Positions 57,401 through 64,000 of a DNA stretch of 64,000 nucleotides are shown here, in pieces. The notes under the pieces were generated by a model. It was not told the DNA's origin, searched no databases, and saw nothing but the letters and a program-made list of their open reading frames with translations. Origin of the DNA: Eledone cirrhosa (taxonomy: Eukaryota); the NCBI GenBank assembly GCA_964016885.1, contig OZ024751.1, forward strand, positions 37,882,001-37,946,000, read 5' to 3'. The stretch's first letter is position 1. Every line of letters starts with the position of its first letter. A program made the position numbers and the translations under genes.

Positions 57401-57925
57401 ACTGCTATTGTTGTTGTTGTTGTTGTTACTGTTGTTGTTGTTACTGTTGTTGTTGTTACTGTTGTTGTTGTTACTGTTGTTGTTGTTACTGTTGTTGTTG
57501 TTACTGCTGTTGTTGTTGTTGTTACTGTTGTTGTTACTGTTGTTGTTGTTACTGCTGTTGTTGTTGTTGTTGTTACTGTTGTTGTTGTTGTTGTTACTGC
57601 TATTGTTGCTGTTGTTACTGTTGTTGTTGTTACTGCTATTGTTGTTGTTGTTACTGCTATTGTTGTTGTTGTTACTGTTGTTGTTGTTACTGCTATTGTT
57701 GTTGTTGTTACTGCTATTGTTGTTGTTGTTACTGTTGTTGTTGTTACTGCTATTGTTGTTGTTGTTACTGTTGTTGTTGTTGTTGTTACTGTTGTTGTTG
57801 TTGCTGTTGTTGTTGTTACTGCTATTGTTGTTGTTGTTACTGCTGTTGTTGTTGTTGTTACTGCTGTTATTGTTGTTATTGATGTTGTTGTTGTTACTGA
57901 TGTTGTTGTTGTTGTTACTGCTATT
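54310..57925. repeat. (GTT)n array punctuated by ACT/GCT/ATT, with a 1230-bp higher-order duplication
   Basis: Rare markers recur at offset 1230: 54751/55981, 54841/56071, 55011/56241. Confidence 0.92.
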
Positions 57926-58679
57926 CTTCTATGTATTGCTATAGATACTTCTTTTGTTGCTGTTATTGTTGTTAATGATGCAGCTGCTAATATTGCTGCT
58001 GGTATTTCTGATGTAGTTGCTGCTGCTGCTGCTGCTACTACTGCTGCTGCTACTGCTGTTTCAGTGTGTGGTGGCGGTGGTGGCGGCGGTGGCGGCGGCG
58101 GCCGTGGTGTTTCAATTAACTCTGCTGCTTTTGATACTGGTGATGATGATGCTGGAGGTGGTGGTGGTGGTGGTGGTGGTGGTGGTGGTGGTGGTGGTGG
58201 TGGTGGTGGGTGATCGTTATGATGCCGTTGATTACAAGGATGATGATGATGATGAATGTGATGTTGAGAAGGAAGAGGGGGGAGAAGGATAATGACGATA
58301 AAGATGATACAATGATGATGATGATCATCGTGAAGATGAGGACGATGACGAAAAAGATGATATAAATGATATTTATGATGATGATGATGACATGGACGAT
58401 AATGATGACTGTTAGGAGGGGGTGGGGGATCTGGACTGTGACGTTGATGGTGATGGTAGATGATGATGACGATAATGATAACGATGGTGATGATGATGAC
58501 GATAGTGATGATGAGGAGGATAGTGATAATGATGACGATGGTAATGACGATGGTGATGATGATGGTGATGATGATGACGATGGTGATGACGATGATAATA
58601 ATGATGATGGTGTTGAGGATAATAATGACTATGACGATGATGAAGATGACGAAGACGATAATCAGGATGAGGAGGAGGT

Positions 58680-58795
58680 GGATGAGTAGGAGGAAGAAGA
58701 GTAGGAGGTGGGTGAGTAGGAGGTGGAAGAGTAGAAGGTGGATGAGTAGGAGGTGGAAGAGTAGGAGGTGGATGAGTAGGAGGAAGAAGAGTACA
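58680..58795. repeat. 15-bp purine-rich tandem repeat GAGTAGGAGGTGGA(A/T)
   Basis: About 7 copies. Confidence 0.85.
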
Positions 58796-59327
58796 AGAAG
58801 AATGATGATGCTTTAAAGAAATACTTAAGTAAAGTACTTGATGAAAAAGAAAAAGAGTGTGTGACATATTCCAGCATTGTGATGGCACACAAGAATACCA
58901 AGTTGTAGAATAAATTAATTCCATTTATAATAGTTTATTTTATTCCCCATTCTTTACTTTAATTTTATTTTATTTTATTTTATTTTATTTTATTTTATTT
59001 TATTTTATTTACAATTATTTTCTAATTGAATTTTTCAACTTTTCTTTAACAGCTTTTGTGTTTGTCTTTTGATTTTTAGTATTTTGTTTATTATTTTAGT
59101 TTGTTTTTTGTGCTTGTTATTTTTTTAATTTCCTTGGTTTAATTAAGTTCGGCAACCATGACACAGTTGCCTAGACTCATGCGATGACGTGTTTTTAGTT
59201 ATTTTCTATTGTTATTTTGTATTATCGTTTCATTTTATTTATTTCTTATTTTTGCCTTTTTTGGAGAGGGGGGGGGGGCTATTTCTGATATCCTTATATT
59301 CTATAACGGGCCGTATATTCTGTTAGA

Positions 59328-59403
<76 letters not shown>

Positions 59404-59733
59404 GTGTGGGTGTGTAACTAGAGGAAACAGCTTAAAGCTACTGATAAAAAAATGTTATGGTTAACAGGCGCTAATTTTCTCATTTGCATATTTGTATATT
59501 TAGCTGGCAGCGCATACAAACTAAAAATATAGACAAATAAATATACTACTGGAACAGCGTGTATGGGGATACATTTTGAATAATTTTGCTTAGTAAACAT
59601 TTAGTACGTTTAGTAAACATGCACTCAGCATATTCTGGTAAAAGATCATGAAGTTATATATATAAATATTTTTACGTGCCTAAATATTTATCTTTTATTA
59701 GTCTCACTGCTTCTTTCCCCTTCCCATTCTCTC

Positions 59734-59823
<90 letters not shown>

Positions 59824-59827
<4 letters not shown>

Positions 59828-59978
59828 AAAAGTGAAGAATAACATGGTCGGCTGTACAAAAAGGGTTTTATTTACAGTATCAACAATTGTTTCATTTTTC
59901 AGGTGAATCTAAAACCGCTAATCACTCGAAATTGTGAGTACAGAGTACTCACAACCTCTAACTGGATTACCTGTTATC

Positions 59979-59980
<2 letters not shown>
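59824..59980 (+). mobile_element. TA-flanked inversion-type element with a decayed HHR half
   Basis: Minus strand CTGAAAA-AT-GAAA-CAATTG-TT then AATAAA; plus strand GTGAGTAC-AGA-GTACTCAC hairpin near the 3-prime end. Confidence 0.45.
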
Positions 59981-60014
<34 letters not shown>

Positions 60015-60023
<9 letters not shown>

Positions 60024-60571
60024 TAAAAAAATAATGAATAAAACAATGAAACAGTTCCTTATATTAAACAAAAAAAGTTCATTATTTAACGATCGTTTCT
60101 GGGATATATATGTGTTAGAATTGGCATGTATATTTAACAGATCTATGTACAAAATTATACAAAATTATACAAACTATCAAAATTAAATATTCATAACAAC
60201 TCATATATATGCCGTCTTCAGAAATAATTATTTCTGAAGACGGCATATATATGAGTTGTTATGTATATTTAATTTTGATAGTTTGTATAATTTTGTATAA
60301 TTTTGTACATAGATCTGTTAAATATACATGCCAATTCTAACACATATATATCCCAGAAACGATCGTTAAATAATGAACTTTTTTTGTTTAATATAAGGAA
60401 CTGTTTCATTGTTTTATTCATTATTTTTTAAATATTTTATCTTGACTCTGTATTCCGTTTGTCTTTCACCGAAAGTGATTTTTCATTGCATCTCTTCTTT
60501 CCATGATATCCGGATTACATTGAGTTCTTCATACGGATTGAACACTACCGTGAACTCTTGGTAGATTTATC

Positions 60572-60575
<4 letters not shown>
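60015..60575 (+). mobile_element. PLE-like element with a 426-bp spacerless palindrome
   Basis: 60015-60227 is the inverse of 60228-60440 (about 2 mismatches). Unique 3-prime part ends GGTAGATTTATCTAC-(AT)n. Confidence 0.92.
60228..60373 (+). ncRNA. Type I hammerhead with 115-nt stem II domain (mirror copy at 60082-60227, minus)
   Basis: TTATTT-CTGAAGA-CGGCATATATATG...CATATATATCCCA-GAAA-CGATCG-TT/AAATAA. Confidence 0.85.
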
Positions 60576-60658
<83 letters not shown>

Positions 60659-61139
60659 CGTTTGTACTTGTCTGACAATGACTTGGTCTGAGAGTGTCAT
60701 GAGATGAAAGTAATAACAGCGTCAAAAGTTCATTTCACCCATTTGAACACACACAAACTCTTATCTTTACCTTGAATTTCGCATTTACTCTTTAAATGTT
60801 TAACATAGAGCTTTCATTCATAAATACCCCAATATATAAGGACTCCTCCACGACATGAAATATATACTTCGGTGGGGAAATAATATACATTAAATATGCC
60901 ATGTACCCAATAGAGTTAATGTAGTATTCTAGTCGTAAACAGTCTATTTATAATATTGATGCGTGTAATTCAATGAACAGGATGTTGCTCAAAGGATCGA
61001 AGAGCTGAATATTCATCGTCAAAAACAATGACCAGCTATCTACTTCACAACAGCATCTGCTCCTTTAACCTAACACACTGTACTAAATTCACCCATTTAA
61101 TTTACACACGAACTAGTTTTCTACTTGTAGGTACATGGT

Positions 61140-61230
61140 CTGTTTGGCAGAGTCATTGGAGCGTTCGGGTCTTTGTTACGGGTATCTGAGTTATGAGATT
61201 AAATCCCGCTTCAATCCACTTTACCTTCAT
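61140..61230 (+). mobile_element. Degenerate SINE head
   Basis: TGGCAGAGTCATTGG...GAGATTAAATCCCGC...CTTTACCTTCAT. Confidence 0.4.
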
Positions 61231-61904
61231 TCAAGAAAGTAACAACCCGTTATTGATTCAGGCCTCTCTTCTACCAGCTGTCAGATTCTGGATTTTCCAT
61301 TGGATCAGGGGAGGGTTTGTCAAGTGAATATAGGTGTCTGCTCATGACTGTTAGGCACCTAAAACCCTTAACAAAACCATTGTACACACTACCAAATCAT
61401 ACGTGATTGTGAGTGATTTCTTCATTAGTACAAGCCTAAGATTCTGTCATAATTCATTTACTTCTCATACCAAAGTCATTCAGTCATTGTTATATCACAC
61501 GTGTTTCCTATACAGGTCCACCATCAGAAACATAAACTCTAACTCCTTGTACTCCTCTTTGAAGCTTCTTCACGTCTGACTCAGAATAATTAAGAAAGAA
61601 AATACTTTCTCTTCATTAATATCACACTGTTCTATTGACGCTTGAAAGAATTTATATTGTTTTATGGAAGAAATAAATATTTGTGAATATTAAAAAAAGA
61701 TATTATTGTTGTATTAATTTAATATTAGCTGTAGCTTTATTAGGTATTTATCTACATATAAAATGGTGGAATGTCTGCCTGCTCCTGCTGCTTCATGTAA
61801 GGCTTGTGTGTATATATATGTTGTATGTATGTACGTACATATGTATGTATGCATATGTGTGTATATATGCATATAGATGTATATATACACATACATACAT
61901 ATTT

Positions 61905-62210
<306 letters not shown>

Positions 62211-62685
62211 TCATACATATGCATATATAGAAATTATACATATAACGTATATGTATGTCTGCGAGTGCATATTTTGTATACAACATATACAACATTTATA
62301 TATTTTTTCATGAGAAAGATTCCATAATTTATCTGGCATGTATAGGAAGAAAATTAACCACAATAACAAGTATCTCGCTTTGAACTCCACTGCCCCTCAT
62401 TCTGCCAAATATCAACCAATACAACGCGTTCTTTGATGCTATTTTCTTTTGATAGCTTAAATCAGATTCATTGACTTTTTCAAAATATGAGACTTGTTGT
62501 TTTTCATTTCGTGTTGTTGTTGCTGTTGTTGTTGTTGTTGTTGTTGTTTTTGCTTATTTCTTTTTACGCTCTTCTATTAACTAATATAATCTACATACAT
62601 AATATGGCCGCCAAAGTTTTCTGCTACAATCCAACAGCAACAACCTTTTATATATTAACATATGAAAAATAAATAAATAATACAT

Positions 62686-62730
<45 letters not shown>

Positions 62731-62952
62731 CAATATAATATATAATATACACATGTATGTATGTATATATAAAGTATGTACTTGTTTTCCTCGCCGACAC
62801 TCCAGTATATAATTAGGGTCATAGGGTCTGTTAAGTTGACGGAGGTTAAATAATAAATATGTAATTTAGTTTTTATTTCCAACTCACAACGTTTTCCGTG
62901 TTGAATTGTTTTACATGAAAATTAATAACAAATATATATGTGTGTGTGTGTG

Positions 62953-63065
<113 letters not shown>

Positions 63066-63095
63066 TGAGTGCGTATCTGTTTGTGCGTGTGTGTT

Positions 63096-63145
<50 letters not shown>

Positions 63146-63420
63146 TTGTTTGTATGTGTATGCAAATACACATACACAAGTGTATATCTGCTTGTATGCA
63201 TATCTATTTCTATGTAGGGTTGTATAGATACCATGCTTTCTATAATGCTGTTTACTGCTTTTTTTTTCGAACATAAAAATGTGAATATACAGAATATCCT
63301 CAAAAACTGAAATATTTCCAAATATTCAGAATATATATTTTAAAGGGATATACACATAGACAAACATACACGTGCTAAACACCCACCTACGTATATATAT
63401 ATATATATTTTTTTTTTCCA

Positions 63421-63720
63421 TTACCATCGAAAGGCGTCTGACGAGCCGCGGATTACAGAGTCGGGATAGATCGATACACATCGAACCTTGAGCTGATCAG
63501 TGGCGAAACGCGCGTCGCGAACCAATGAAAGTAATGAAGGAGTAACCAATCGTCCTTGTTATTTTATTTCACTATAATACACTCTGTATAGCTCTACACC
63601 TTGACACTGAAGTGAACCTAAACATCGAGTGCTCACCCGGGTGAACCTACAGTAACTCCAAGTTACACTCCCTGGTGGATTTATCTGGATATATCTGGAT
63701 ATATCTGGATATATCTGGAT
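63421..63720 (+). mobile_element. PLE pseudo-LTR-like element
   Basis: HHR, then TCGAGTGCT motif at 63625, 3-prime end GGTGGATTTATCTGG with tandem ATATATCTGG repeats running into (TA)n. Confidence 0.78.
63433..63523 (+). ncRNA. Type I hammerhead ribozyme with about 50-nt loop II
   Basis: GGCGT-CTGACGA-GCCGC...GTGGC-GAAA-CGCGCG-TC/GCGAACC; palindromic ACGCGCGT; stem I is short (3 bp plus a bulged extension). Confidence 0.78.
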
Positions 63721-63835
63721 ATATATATATATAATATTATATAATATTTATGTTAAATGTGTCCTCTTACATTAGATTAAGCGTTGTTTTACTTGATCTT
63801 TTATCTACGGATATTCTGTACACACACACACACAC

Positions 63836-63882
<47 letters not shown>

Positions 63883-64000
63883 TTTCGTGTGTTTGATGAG
63901 TATGAGTTCTAAATTGCATACCTTTACAAAATCCTTCTATCAATGTTCCTATATATATCGATGCTGCGGATAAAGCTCAGGGAAAAATATATTAGTAGGG

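Noticed and set aside
54222-58213. Poly-Leu and poly-Val plus-strand ORFs (410, 828 and 920 aa)
   Set aside because: Automatic consequence of a (GTT)n array; implausible as proteins.
58230-58253. FLAG-tag-like DYKDDDD coding sequence
   Set aside because: Lacks the terminal Lys codon, sits in a natural GAT repeat, and has no vector context; coincidence.

Overview
AT-rich eukaryotic (animal) genomic DNA, probably intronic or intergenic. It is saturated with (TA)n, (CA)n, (GA)n and trinucleotide repeats. The SINE families and repeat landscape suggest a cephalopod (octopus-like) genome; this is inference. No intact protein-coding gene can be supported, and nearly all listed ORFs are microsatellite or palindrome artefacts. 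The main signal lies between the (TA)n arrays: about eight families of short elements carrying type I hammerhead ribozymes (HHRs) with palindromic stem III, the hallmark of Penelope-like retroelement (PLE) pseudo-LTRs and metazoan retrozymes. Complete or near-complete HHRs lie at 15041, 17829, 20284, 33346, 40261, 46409/46744, 47067, 60082/60228 and 63433, with many 3-prime halves elsewhere. Many copies are fold-back or inverted insertions. Their inner breakpoints fall on ribozyme landmarks (cleavage site, stem I 5-prime edge, GAAA) and their outer breakpoints on internal TA dinucleotides. Most families with a visible 3-prime end share a short TYGAGYDCY motif about 40-65 nt from the 3-prime junction. 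One element is a 1.2-mer of a 434-nt ribozyme-containing unit, as expected from a circular or tandem template. Also present: tRNA-derived SINEs, Mariner-type MITEs, RTE, CRE and PLE coding relics, a 46-bp minisatellite, and an 8-kb trinucleotide low-complexity block with a 1230-bp internal duplication. All folds were done by eye; no searches were run.
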